The notes under the pieces were generated by a model, which saw only the letters and a program-made list of their open reading frames with translations, had not been told where the DNA came from and did no database searches. A stretch of DNA of 64,000 bases from the NCBI RefSeq assembly GCF_031423415.1, contig NZ_JANPFL010000001.1, positions 3,566 through 67,565 on the forward strand. The letters are read 5' to 3'. Positions within the stretch are counted from its first letter, which is position 1; each line of letters opens with the position of its first letter. Of this stretch, positions 1 through 8,771 are shown piece by piece. The position numbers were made by a program, and so were the translations under genes. This DNA comes from Flavobacterium sp. (GTDB lineage Bacteria > Bacteroidota > Bacteroidia > Flavobacteriales > Flavobacteriaceae).

Positions 1-212
1 TATTTATGTCGATTGAAATTATGTTGAATGCAATCAACCTTTTGTTTGCCGCTTTTTCAACCTATCATCAAGATGCACAAGGTCAAATTTTTGTGTTTTT
101 CTCTATGGCTGTTGCTGCTGCCGAAGTGGCGGTTGGATTGGCAATTTTAGTTTCGATCTTTAGAAATTTGCACAGCATTGATGTTAGTAATTTGAAAAAT
201 TTAAAAGGATAA
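1..212 (+). CDS. nuoK: NADH-quinone oxidoreductase subunit K (5'-truncated by window edge)
   Basis: [11 protein letters not shown]...[12 protein letters not shown] motifs of NuoK; directly upstream of nuoL. Confidence 0.93.
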   Translation, partial: FMSIEIMLNAINLLFAAFSTYHQDAQGQIFVFFSMAVAAAEVAVGLAILVSIFRNLHSIDVSNLKNLKG

Positions 213-217
213 TATCC

Positions 218-2089
218 ATGGATACAAATTTAGTTTTAGTCTTACTATTAGCTCCTTTTTTAGGATTTTTATTTAATGCTTTTCTGGGTAAAAAAGCTGG
301 GAAAAGCATCGTGGGAATTGTGGGAACACTTTCGGTTGCGGTTTCTTTTGCAGTAACTTTATATTTATTTGCTAATGCAGGCCAAGAGCCAGTTGTTATC
401 AACTTGTTCAATTGGATTTCGGTTCAAAGATTCGATATTAGTTTTGGTTTTTTATTAGACCAATTGTCCATTCTTTGGCTTTTGTTTGTAACAGGAATTG
501 GATCTCTGATTCATTTATATTCCATCAGTTATATGCACGATGATGAGAAAATGCACTCGTTTTTCGCATACTTAAACCTGTTCATTTTCTTTATGATTAC
601 TTTGGTGATCGGAAGCAACTTGCTGATTATGTTCATTGGTTGGGAAGGTGTTGGACTTTGCTCCTACTTGCTAATCGGATTTTGGTATAAAAACCAAGAC
701 TTTAATGATGCCGCCAAAAAAGCGTTCATTATGAACCGTATTGGTGATTTAGGATTCTTAATCGGGATTTTTATTGTTGGTTCATTATTCAATACTTTAG
801 ATTTTACCACTTTAAAAACGGCAATAACATCAGCAACGGATATTAATGATTTTTGGATTGCTGCTGCTGCCCTAGCTTTATTCATTGGAGCTTGCGGAAA
901 ATCGGCACAAATTCCGCTGTACACTTGGTTGCCTGATGCGATGGCTGGACCAACACCCGTTTCGGCATTGATTCACGCTGCGACTATGGTTACCGCAGGA
1001 ATTTTTATGCTTACTAGGTTGAACTTCCTGTTTGATATGGCGCCAAACATTCAAAACATTATTGCGATTGTTGGAGCTTGCACTGCTTTGGTTGCTGCAA
1101 CGATTGCTTTGGTTCAGAACGATATCAAGAAAGTTTTAGCTTATTCAACTGTTTCTCAATTGGGATTAATGTTCTTAGCATTAGGACTGGGAGCTTACGA
1201 AGTGGCCGTTTTTCACGTAATCACTCACGCTTTCTTCAAAGCTTGTTTGTTCTTGGGTTCAGGTTCCGTAATTCACGGTTTGCACGGCGAACAAGATATG
1301 CGCAAAATGGGTGGTTTGGAAAAAGCAATGCCCATCACTTTTTGGACAATGCTTATCGCCTCATTGGCTATTTCTGGAATATTTCCGTTGGCAGGATTTT
1401 GGTCGAAAGACGAAATTTTAATGACTGCTTTTCACGGAAATCCAAGTTTGTGGGTTATTGGTTCTATTGCTTCAATAATGACAGCTTTCTATATGTTTAG
1501 ATTGATTTATCTAACATTCTTCAACGCGTTCAGAGGAACTGAAGAACAAAAACACCATTTACACGAAAGTCCAAGTTTGATTACTGTGCCATTAGTTATT
1601 TTGGCCTTTTTATCTTTCTTTGGTGGAATTATTAGTTTGCCAGGTCACAGTTGGTTGAACGAATATTTGTCTCCAATATTTTCTAAAGTAACTCACGAAG
1701 AACACTCTTTAGGAAGTACAGAGTATATGCTGATGGCAATTGCAACAATTGGAGCCCTAATCGGAATTGGAATTGCCTATAAAAAATACTTGAAAGACAA
1801 TACGATTCCAAGTGAGGATTCCGAAATCACCGGTTTTTCGAAAGTCTTATACAACAAATATTATGTTGACGGAATCTATGATGCTATTTTTGTAAAACCA
1901 ATAAATGTGTTATCCAGTTTCTTTAGAGATTCTGTTGAAACCACATTATCAGCATTGGTTTTCGGATTGGGTAAAGTAACCAATAGTATAGCAATAGAAG
2001 GAAAAAAAGCACATAACGGAAGTGTCGGTTTCTACCTTTTTGCTTTTGTCATAGGCGTTATTACCATACTAACTTATTTATTTTTATAA
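218..2089 (+). CDS. nuoL: NADH-quinone oxidoreductase subunit L
   Basis: 623 aa polytopic membrane protein with WEGVGLCSYLLIGFW, KSAQIPLYTWLPDAMAGPTPVSALIHAATMV and HAFFKACLFL. Confidence 0.97.
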   Translation: MDTNLVLVLLLAPFLGFLFNAFLGKKAGKSIVGIVGTLSVAVSFAVTLYLFANAGQEPVVINLFNWISVQRFDISFGFLLDQLSILWLLFVTGIGSLIHLYSISYMHDDEKMHSFFAYLNLFIFFMITLVIGSNLLIMFIGWEGVGLCSYLLIGFWYKNQDFNDAAKKAFIMNRIGDLGFLIGIFIVGSLFNTLDFTTLKTAITSATDINDFWIAAAALALFIGACGKSAQIPLYTWLPDAMAGPTPVSALIHAATMVTAGIFMLTRLNFLFDMAPNIQNIIAIVGACTALVAATIALVQNDIKKVLAYSTVSQLGLMFLALGLGAYEVAVFHVITHAFFKACLFLGSGSVIHGLHGEQDMRKMGGLEKAMPITFWTMLIASLAISGIFPLAGFWSKDEILMTAFHGNPSLWVIGSIASIMTAFYMFRLIYLTFFNAFRGTEEQKHHLHESPSLITVPLVILAFLSFFGGIISLPGHSWLNEYLSPIFSKVTHEEHSLGSTEYMLMAIATIGALIGIGIAYKKYLKDNTIPSEDSEITGFSKVLYNKYYVDGIYDAIFVKPINVLSSFFRDSVETTLSALVFGLGKVTNSIAIEGKKAHNGSVGFYLFAFVIGVITILTYLFL

Positions 2090-2102
2090 TACTTTTTACA
2101 TA

Positions 2103-3545
2103 ATGGATGTAACTACACTATTAATTATTCTTTTGGTTGGCGCATTTGCAACTTATTTTTCGGGTGATAAATGGGCTTCAAAAGTGGCTTTGCTTGTTAG
2201 CTTAACCGCTTTTGCTAGCGCAATTTGTCTACTTAGCCAATACAATCTAGGAACCGAGATAAGTTATTCTCAACTTTGGATATCCAAACCAAAAATTTAT
2301 ATAGCTCTTCAAGCTGATGGTCTTGCTTTAGCGATGCTTTTGTTGACAACTGCTTTGACACCAATCATCATTTTTTCCTCTTTTGGAAATACATATAAAA
2401 ACTCAAAAGCTTTCTATGCCTTACTATTATTTATGTCCTTTGCAATGTCAGGAACTTTCCTGGCTTCTGACGGGCTTATATATTATGTTTTCTGGGAATT
2501 ATCTTTGATTCCTATTTATTTTATTGCCTTAATGTGGGGTAATGGTGATGCCGAAGAACGAAAAAAAGCAGTAGTGAAATTCTTTATTTACACGCTTGCA
2601 GGTTCGTTGTTCATGTTAGTAGCTTTTGTTTATTTGTACACTAAAGCAGGAAGCTTTTTGCTCAGCGACCTAACGCAACTTAAATTATCATCAACTGAGC
2701 AATTCTGGATATTCTTAGCTTTCTTCTTGGCTTATGCTATCAAAATTCCATTGATTCCATTTCATACTTGGCAAGCAGAAGTATATCAAAAAGCACCAAC
2801 TGTTGGAACTATGCTTTTATCGGGAATTATGCTAAAAATGGGTTTGTATAGTGTAATTCGTTGGCAGTTGCCAATTGCGCCATTGGCAGCAAAAGAATAT
2901 ATGTATGTGTTCATTGGTCTTGGAATTGCAGGTGTAATCTATGGTTCTATCGTGGCTTTACGCCAAAAAGATTTGAAAAAATTATTGGCATATTCTTCCC
3001 TAGCACACGTTGGATTAATTGCAGCAGGAGCTTATACATTAACACTTGACGGATTGCGTGGTGCAGTTTTACAAATGATAGCACACGGATTTGTTGTGGT
3101 GGGATTGTTTTTTGTAGCTGAAATTATTTATAGAAGATATGAAACAAGAAAGATTTCAGAAATGGGCGGAATTCGTGCACAATCGCCAAAATTCACCTCT
3201 CTGTTTATGATTTTGGTTTTAGCATCGGTTGCTTTGCCATCAACATTTAACTTTGTTGGAGAATTTACTGTTTTATATAGCCTTTCTCAAGTGAATCTTT
3301 GGTTTGCTATTTTAGGTGGAACCACCATCATTTTGGGAGCTTATTATATGTTGAAAATGTTCCAACATGTGATGTTGGGCGAAACCAACGCCAAATTATT
3401 TGCTGATGTAACTTTTAATGAAGGTCTAACTTTAGTAATTATTGTTGCCGTTTTATTCTTCTTTGGTTTGTATCCAAAACCAATTATGGATTTGATTACG
3501 CCAAGTTTGGAAAATATTTTAACTCAAATAAATAGATTTAATTAA
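2103..3545 (+). CDS. nuoM: NADH-quinone oxidoreductase subunit M
   Basis: FWELSLIP, AIKIPLIPFHTW, LKMGLY and LLAYSSLAH motifs; gene order L-M-N. Confidence 0.96.
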   Translation: MDVTTLLIILLVGAFATYFSGDKWASKVALLVSLTAFASAICLLSQYNLGTEISYSQLWISKPKIYIALQADGLALAMLLLTTALTPIIIFSSFGNTYKNSKAFYALLLFMSFAMSGTFLASDGLIYYVFWELSLIPIYFIALMWGNGDAEERKKAVVKFFIYTLAGSLFMLVAFVYLYTKAGSFLLSDLTQLKLSSTEQFWIFLAFFLAYAIKIPLIPFHTWQAEVYQKAPTVGTMLLSGIMLKMGLYSVIRWQLPIAPLAAKEYMYVFIGLGIAGVIYGSIVALRQKDLKKLLAYSSLAHVGLIAAGAYTLTLDGLRGAVLQMIAHGFVVVGLFFVAEIIYRRYETRKISEMGGIRAQSPKFTSLFMILVLASVALPSTFNFVGEFTVLYSLSQVNLWFAILGGTTIILGAYYMLKMFQHVMLGETNAKLFADVTFNEGLTLVIIVAVLFFFGLYPKPIMDLITPSLENILTQINRFN

Positions 3546-3546
3546 G

Positions 3547-3582
3547 AATTAGGATTGAGGATTTGAGAATTAGGATTTTTGT
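3547..3582. repeat. Heptamer-periodic left flank of four-helix-bundle gene (TTAGGAT/TGAGGAT-like units)
   Basis: gaattaggattgaggatttgagaattaggatttttgt; the last 17 bp (3566-3582) recur exactly at 4007-4023. Confidence 0.8.
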
Positions 3583-3622
3583 TGGATGAGTAAAGTAGAA
3601 TTTTGAAACAAATATTTTAATT

Positions 3623-3991
3623 ATGACTAAAGAAGAACTTAAAAATCGCACAAAACACTTTGCATTGAATGTTTTTAAATTTTTAATGTCATTAGATAAT
3701 TGCAAAGCAGTTGACGTAGTTTCTTTTCAACTTTTTAAATCTTCCTCATCAGTTGCTGCAAATTATAGAGCAGTATGTAGAGGTAAATCAAATGCTGATT
3801 TTTTGAATAAGTTAAAAATTGTTGATGAAGAAGCCGATGAAAGTTTGTTTTGGTTAGAGTTTATAAAAGGATTAGAAATAAAATGTGATAATGTAGAGCT
3901 TGAAAAATTAATTAAAGAAGCGGATGAATTGGTTTCCATTTTTTCAGCTGGAATAAAAACAATAAAAGAAAAAAACAATATAAAAAATTAG
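3623..3991 (+). CDS. Four-helix-bundle protein (23S rRNA intervening-sequence protein-like)
   Basis: 122 aa with LKNRTKHFA...QLFKSSSSVAANYRAVCRGKS.ADFLNKLKIVDEEADESLFWLE, the typical family pattern; lies between nuoM and nuoN. Confidence 0.88.
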   Translation: MTKEELKNRTKHFALNVFKFLMSLDNCKAVDVVSFQLFKSSSSVAANYRAVCRGKSNADFLNKLKIVDEEADESLFWLEFIKGLEIKCDNVELEKLIKEADELVSIFSAGIKTIKEKNNIKN

Positions 3992-4071
3992 GGTTTGGGA
4001 AATTTAAGAATTAGGATTTTTGTAAATTATAATCCAATTTCACAAAATCCCAAATCGTAAATCCTAAATCA
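3988..4071. repeat. Right flank of four-helix-bundle gene: direct-repeat copy plus inverted heptamers
   Basis: agaattaggatttttgt (4007-4023) followed by aaatccc aaatcgt aaatcct aaatc (4045-4070), the reverse complement of the left-flank units. Confidence 0.8.
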
Positions 4072-4083
4072 AAAAATAAATAA

Positions 4084-5454
4084 ATGAATACATTAATAGC
4101 TATATCAGGATTAGGTGTTTTATGCCTTTTATTTGAAATTTTAAATTTCAGAAAAGCCATTGTTCCTTTAACAATACTTGGTTTATTTGCCGTTCTTGGA
4201 TTAACTTATGCAGAATTTAATGCGCCAGCAAGCTACTACAATAATATGATTGTTGTTACTAAATTTTCGGCTGTTTTTTCGGCTTTGTTCATTATACTAA
4301 CTATATTTTTGATTGCCTTGGCTCACGATTTCTACGAAGATCACCAAACCAAAATTTCCGATTTCATTGCCATAAAAATATTTATGTTAGCAGGAGCAGT
4401 TGCTATGGTTTCTTTCGGAAACTTAGCTATGTTTTTTCTTGGAATCGAAGTTTTGTCGATATCCTTATACATTTTGGCAGCAAGCAACCGAATGAATTTA
4501 AAAAGTAATGAAGCTGGAATGAAGTATTTCTTAATGGGATCTTTTGCCTCTGGAATACTATTGTTTGGAATTTGCTTTATTTACGGCGCAATGGGTTCTT
4601 TTGATGTTGCCGAAATCACAGAATGGTCTCGTTCTGCTGAATTGCCTATTTGGTTTCCAATAGGAATTTCTTTGGTTACAATTGGAATGCTTTTTAAAAT
4701 TGCAGCTGTTCCTTTTCATTTTTGGGCTCCAGATGTTTACGAAGGTTCGCCTACATTGACAACTACTACAATGAGTACTTTGGTCAAAGTTGTAGCTATG
4801 GCGACTCTATACAAATTACTAACTGCTATGAATGCTGACCTTTCAGCCGCTTCTTTTAACATCATTATCGTAATTTCAATTGCATCTATGACTGTTGGAA
4901 ATATTATGGCGTTGAAACAGAACAATGTGAAACGTATGCTAGCATTCTCCGGAATTTCTCATGCTGGTTTTATGTTGATGACTCTATTAAATATTAGCAA
5001 CTCAGCGGGTAATTTATTGTATTATACTTCGGCTTACTCCTTATCGGGAATTGCGGCCTTTGCGGTGATTTTATATGTTTGTAAAAATAAAGACAATGAA
5101 GATATTGCAAACTTCAACGGATTGGGGAAAAACAATCCTTTGATGGCAGCAGTGTTAACAGCTTCTTTACTTTCGATGGCGGGAATTCCAATCTTTGCTG
5201 GGTTTTTTGCCAAAATGTTTTTGTTTACTCAAACTATTCAAGCAGGATATTTAGTAGTAGTGATTGCAGCGGTAATCAACTCCATCATCAGTGTGGGTTA
5301 TTATTTTAAATTGATATTGGCGATGTACAATAAAGAACCGAATGAAGAAGCCACAAAAACTCCTTTTGTGTTTTATGCAGTGGCTGTTGTTTCCATTCTT
5401 TTGAATATTGTTTTGGGTCTTTTCCCTTCTGCAGTACTAGATTTATTGGGTTAA
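4084..5454 (+). CDS. nuoN: NADH-quinone oxidoreductase subunit N
   Basis: EAGMKYFLMGS, FKIAAVPFHFWAPDVYEGSP, KRMLAFSGISHAG, SMAGIP.FAGFFAK. Confidence 0.96.
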   Translation: MNTLIAISGLGVLCLLFEILNFRKAIVPLTILGLFAVLGLTYAEFNAPASYYNNMIVVTKFSAVFSALFIILTIFLIALAHDFYEDHQTKISDFIAIKIFMLAGAVAMVSFGNLAMFFLGIEVLSISLYILAASNRMNLKSNEAGMKYFLMGSFASGILLFGICFIYGAMGSFDVAEITEWSRSAELPIWFPIGISLVTIGMLFKIAAVPFHFWAPDVYEGSPTLTTTTMSTLVKVVAMATLYKLLTAMNADLSAASFNIIIVISIASMTVGNIMALKQNNVKRMLAFSGISHAGFMLMTLLNISNSAGNLLYYTSAYSLSGIAAFAVILYVCKNKDNEDIANFNGLGKNNPLMAAVLTASLLSMAGIPIFAGFFAKMFLFTQTIQAGYLVVVIAAVINSIISVGYYFKLILAMYNKEPNEEATKTPFVFYAVAVVSILLNIVLGLFPSAVLDLLG

Positions 5455-5477
5455 TCTTAAATTGAAAAATAAATTAT

Positions 5478-5510
5478 AAAAAACCATCAAGAGCAATTTT
5501 GATGGTTTTT
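5478..5510 (+). terminator. Rho-independent terminator after nuoN
   Basis: aaaaaaccatcaa-gagcaatt-ttgatggttttt hairpin with T tail. Confidence 0.8.
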
Positions 5511-5532
5511 GTCTTCATTATAGAAATTAAAT

Positions 5533-6966
5533 ATGTTTTTTAACTCGCTAACGTTTGCTGTTTTTCTACCAATAGTTTTTCTATTATATTGGTTTGTTTT
5601 TAGTAAAACCAAAAGCACGCAAAACGTATTCCTCGTTCTAGTGAGTTATTATTTTTATTCTTGTTGGGATTGGCGTTTCCTCTTTTTATTGCTGTTCTCG
5701 ACCCTTTTGTGTTATTTCACGGGAATCAAAATAGAGAAAAGTATAAAAGAACGAGAACGTAAACTTTGGTTTTGGTTGAGCATCGTTTTCAATTTGGGAT
5801 TCTTGGGAATCTTCAAATACTACAACTTTTTTGCTTTTTCTTTTTCGGAAGCGTTAAACAATATTGGCATACAATCTAGTCCATTTTTGTTGGACGTAAT
5901 TCTCCCTGTTGGAATTTCTTTCTATACTTTTCACGGCTTGTCGTATGTAATTGACATTTATTACAAAAGAATTAACTCCGAAAAAAACGTCATTGATTAT
6001 GCCTTATTTGTGAGTTATTTTCCACTTTTGGTAGCTGGACCCATCGAAAGAGCCACTCATTTATTGCCACAAGTAAAACTAAAAAGAAACTTCCATTTCG
6101 AAAAAGCCAAAGAAGGCGTGTACCAAATTATTTGGGGACTGGTCAAAAAAGTGGTTATCGCCGATACTTGTGCCACTTATGCTAACGCCATTTTTGACAA
6201 TTACACTTCTATGAACTCCTTGTCGTTGATTTTGGGTGCGGTCTATTTTGCATTCCAAATTTATGGCGACTTTTCTGGATATTCGGATATGGCTTTGGGA
6301 ATGTCCAAATTGTTTGGATTGGACTTGCTTCGAAACTTCAATTACCCATATTTCTCCAGAGATATTGCCGAGTTTTGGCGTCGTTGGCACATTTCGTTGT
6401 CCTCTTGGTTTCGGGATTATTTGTACATTCCTCTTGGCGGAAGCCGTGGAAGCAAGCTGAAACAAGTGCGCAATGTATTCATCATATTTGTGGTGAGCGG
6501 TTTTTGGCACGGTGCGAATTGGACTTTTTTGGCTTGGGGATTCATTAATGCAATGTATTTTCTACCTTCATTGCTATTAGGAACCAACAGAAATAATATG
6601 GAAACTGCAGAATTGCATTGGGATTTTAATTCTATAAAAGTGTTTTTTAGTATTCTTGCGACATTTACCTTATCGTGCTTGGCTTGGATATTTTTCAGAG
6701 CAAAAACCATTCATATTGCATTTGCTTACATTGGCCAAATTTTTACGAATGGAACTTTCACCTCACAATTTCTGCAAAACCAACGGTACAGTTACGAATT
6801 GTTGCTGCTGGTTCTTGCTTTTGTACTGGTAGAATGGAACAGCCGCTACAAAATAGAACCAATTTCAGGAAAATACAGCGGACTTAAAATGGCTTTATGC
6901 CTCTTGGGTATCATTGCTTTGGGAACTTATGCCGATTATAAAGAATTCATCTATTTTCAATTCTAA
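5533..6966 (+). CDS. MBOAT family O-acyltransferase (AlgI/DltB-like)
   Basis: LPVGISFYTF, FP.LVAGPIER, QIYGDFSGYSDMA, FWRRWHISLSSWFRDYLYIPLGG and SGFWHGANW (catalytic His). Confidence 0.93.
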   Translation: MFFNSLTFAVFLPIVFLLYWFVFSKTKSTQNVFLVLVSYYFYSCWDWRFLFLLLFSTLLCYFTGIKIEKSIKERERKLWFWLSIVFNLGFLGIFKYYNFFAFSFSEALNNIGIQSSPFLLDVILPVGISFYTFHGLSYVIDIYYKRINSEKNVIDYALFVSYFPLLVAGPIERATHLLPQVKLKRNFHFEKAKEGVYQIIWGLVKKVVIADTCATYANAIFDNYTSMNSLSLILGAVYFAFQIYGDFSGYSDMALGMSKLFGLDLLRNFNYPYFSRDIAEFWRRWHISLSSWFRDYLYIPLGGSRGSKLKQVRNVFIIFVVSGFWHGANWTFLAWGFINAMYFLPSLLLGTNRNNMETAELHWDFNSIKVFFSILATFTLSCLAWIFFRAKTIHIAFAYIGQIFTNGTFTSQFLQNQRYSYELLLLVLAFVLVEWNSRYKIEPISGKYSGLKMALCLLGIIALGTYADYKEFIYFQF

Positions 6967-7847
6967 TGACCAAATTTTTAACATTAGTTGCTAAAATTCT
7001 ACTCACTCTTCTAGTGCTTTTAATAGTATTGGATTGGAGTTATATAACCGTTTATTTGCAATCTTCCAAGCGTGGAAAAGTGGAAAAGGTTTTCAATTCC
7101 AAAGCCGGAAATTATGATGTGGTAATCTTGGGTTCTTCGAGAGCCAATAACCATTTTGTGCCCGAATTGTTTGAAAAGAAAGGACTAAAAACTTTCAATT
7201 ACGGAATGAGTGGAGCGCATTTATTCGAAGCTTCATTGTTATTAAAATTAATGGCAGAACGCAACTATAAAATCAAAACCGTAATTCTGGAAGCCGATTT
7301 GGGTCTTTGCAACGAAAAACAATCTGATGCCATTGCTGCGAAATTCCTGCCTTACATCCATCATTCAAAAGTTATCGCAGCCCATTTTGCGAAAATGGAA
7401 AACTTTAATGAATTATATTATATTCCATTTTATCGTTTTGTAGATTTTGACGCATTGATTGGTTTCCGTGAAATGTACCAAACTGCTACGGGTAAACCCA
7501 CGAATATTTTGGACAATTTGGGATATCATCCTTTGACGAGCAACAAACCCGGAAATATGAAGAATGATATCAGGGCTTTGAAACCCATTCGCAACAAATA
7601 TTACGAGGAAATCAAGCAAATTTGCAAGCAAAATAATTACAATCTAATTACTTTAATGACGCCAATGTGCAGTAATGTGAAAGGATTAGATTATTTTGAA
7701 AAAGCAAATAAAATCTACCCCGAAATTCACAATCTAGAAAATGTAGTTGAAGGCGACCAATATTTTTCTTCTTGCGGACATATGAATGATGTTGGTGCTA
7801 GGGCTTTTACGGAGGTTGTGATCGAGAAGTTTTTTAGGGAGAAATAA
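6966..7847 (+). CDS. Membrane-anchored SGNH-like partner of the MBOAT (AlgJ/DltD-like O-acyl transfer component)
   Basis: N-terminal TM helix, ILGSSRA (GDSL block I-like) and C-terminal xxGHMN; start overlaps the MBOAT stop codon. Confidence 0.7.
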   Translation: MTKFLTLVAKILLTLLVLLIVLDWSYITVYLQSSKRGKVEKVFNSKAGNYDVVILGSSRANNHFVPELFEKKGLKTFNYGMSGAHLFEASLLLKLMAERNYKIKTVILEADLGLCNEKQSDAIAAKFLPYIHHSKVIAAHFAKMENFNELYYIPFYRFVDFDALIGFREMYQTATGKPTNILDNLGYHPLTSNKPGNMKNDIRALKPIRNKYYEEIKQICKQNNYNLITLMTPMCSNVKGLDYFEKANKIYPEIHNLENVVEGDQYFSSCGHMNDVGARAFTEVVIEKFFREK

Positions 7848-7931
7848 AAATCAACAATTTATCCTATATTTATTACATAAAAAAATGTAGATAAACTGTA
7901 ACTGATTTCGACTTTACAAAAAGATAAATTT

Positions 7932-8386
7932 ATGGCTACAAATAAATTATTTATTCATTTCGGCTTATTTATAATGTTCATCAATACTCTCACAAAAGAT
8001 GAGAGTCAGCAGACTAAAGAACAATATACTTTAATCTTAAAAGTATATTCAGAAAACGGAAAAAATTATGTAGATGCAGATTATGTCCAATATTATATTG
8101 GCGATAAAGCAATAGAAGAAGCAAAAAAAATGGGGATGCTGATGTTTTTATTGTGAATGGAAAGAAGATTTATGCTGTCCCAAATGATTATTATATTGTG
8201 AATAAAAATAAGACAATTAGAAAAATAGAATTGTCCGACAATCCTTTTTTTAATTTATTAATTAGCGATAATTTAAAAGGTTCAAATACATTCGAAAACT
8301 TTAAAAAAAATTATCACGATACACTTTATATTTTACGTTTAAAGAATAATAAAATAATAGAAGTTAAAGAAGTGTTTATTCCGTAA
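7932..8386 (+). pseudogene. Hypothetical protein split by a frameshift in an A8 tract (about 151 aa if restored)
   Basis: ORFs 7932-8156 and 8153-8386 join into ...EEAKKNGDADVFIVNGKKIYAVPNDYY... if one A is added at 8123-8130. Confidence 0.65.
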
Positions 8387-8452
8387 CAAGTATTTTTTTT
8401 GGACACGCATAAAATAATTGAAATGTCAAACATAATCTAAAACACAAAACAA

Positions 8453-8680
8453 TCAGTTATCGCAAATTTTGCGACAACTCAAAAAAAGAATTAGATTTGG
8501 GTTCAACTGTTGCAGAATTTGCAACAGTTAAAATTGAGAGAGAATTAGAAAAAAATTCAAATACCAAGTTTTTCTAGGTAGTTCAAAAAGAGGCAACTAT
8601 TTCCAAAATGGAAACAGTTGAAATTAAGTGAGAATTATACTAAACCCAGTTGTCAAGTTTTCCTTGACAACTGGCTCTAA
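8453..8680 (+). repeat. Array of five 25-bp hairpin cassettes, each a variant of the palindromic segment inside the downstream rhuM-fic gene
   Basis: 10-bp arms and 5-nt loops starting at 8455, 8505, 8559, 8595 and 8648; three are preceded by GAATTA (EL) as in the gene at 8934; they translate as SVIANFATT, STVAEFATV, SNTKFF*VV, ATISKMETV and PVVKFSLTT versus SNVQKMHIA in the gene. Confidence 0.85.
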
Positions 8681-8771
8681 TTGTAAAAAAAATAACCGCT
8701 CAAATTTTGTATATTGCATTACTTTAAAATGAAAAATAATGAATTTTTATACACTTTAATATTGCTTTTCA

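Noticed and set aside
8453-8680. CRISPR array or integron attC interpretation of the hairpin array
   Set aside because: The hairpins are the variable part, not a constant repeat; there are no GTTRRRY-bounded cassettes and no cas or integrase gene in the window.
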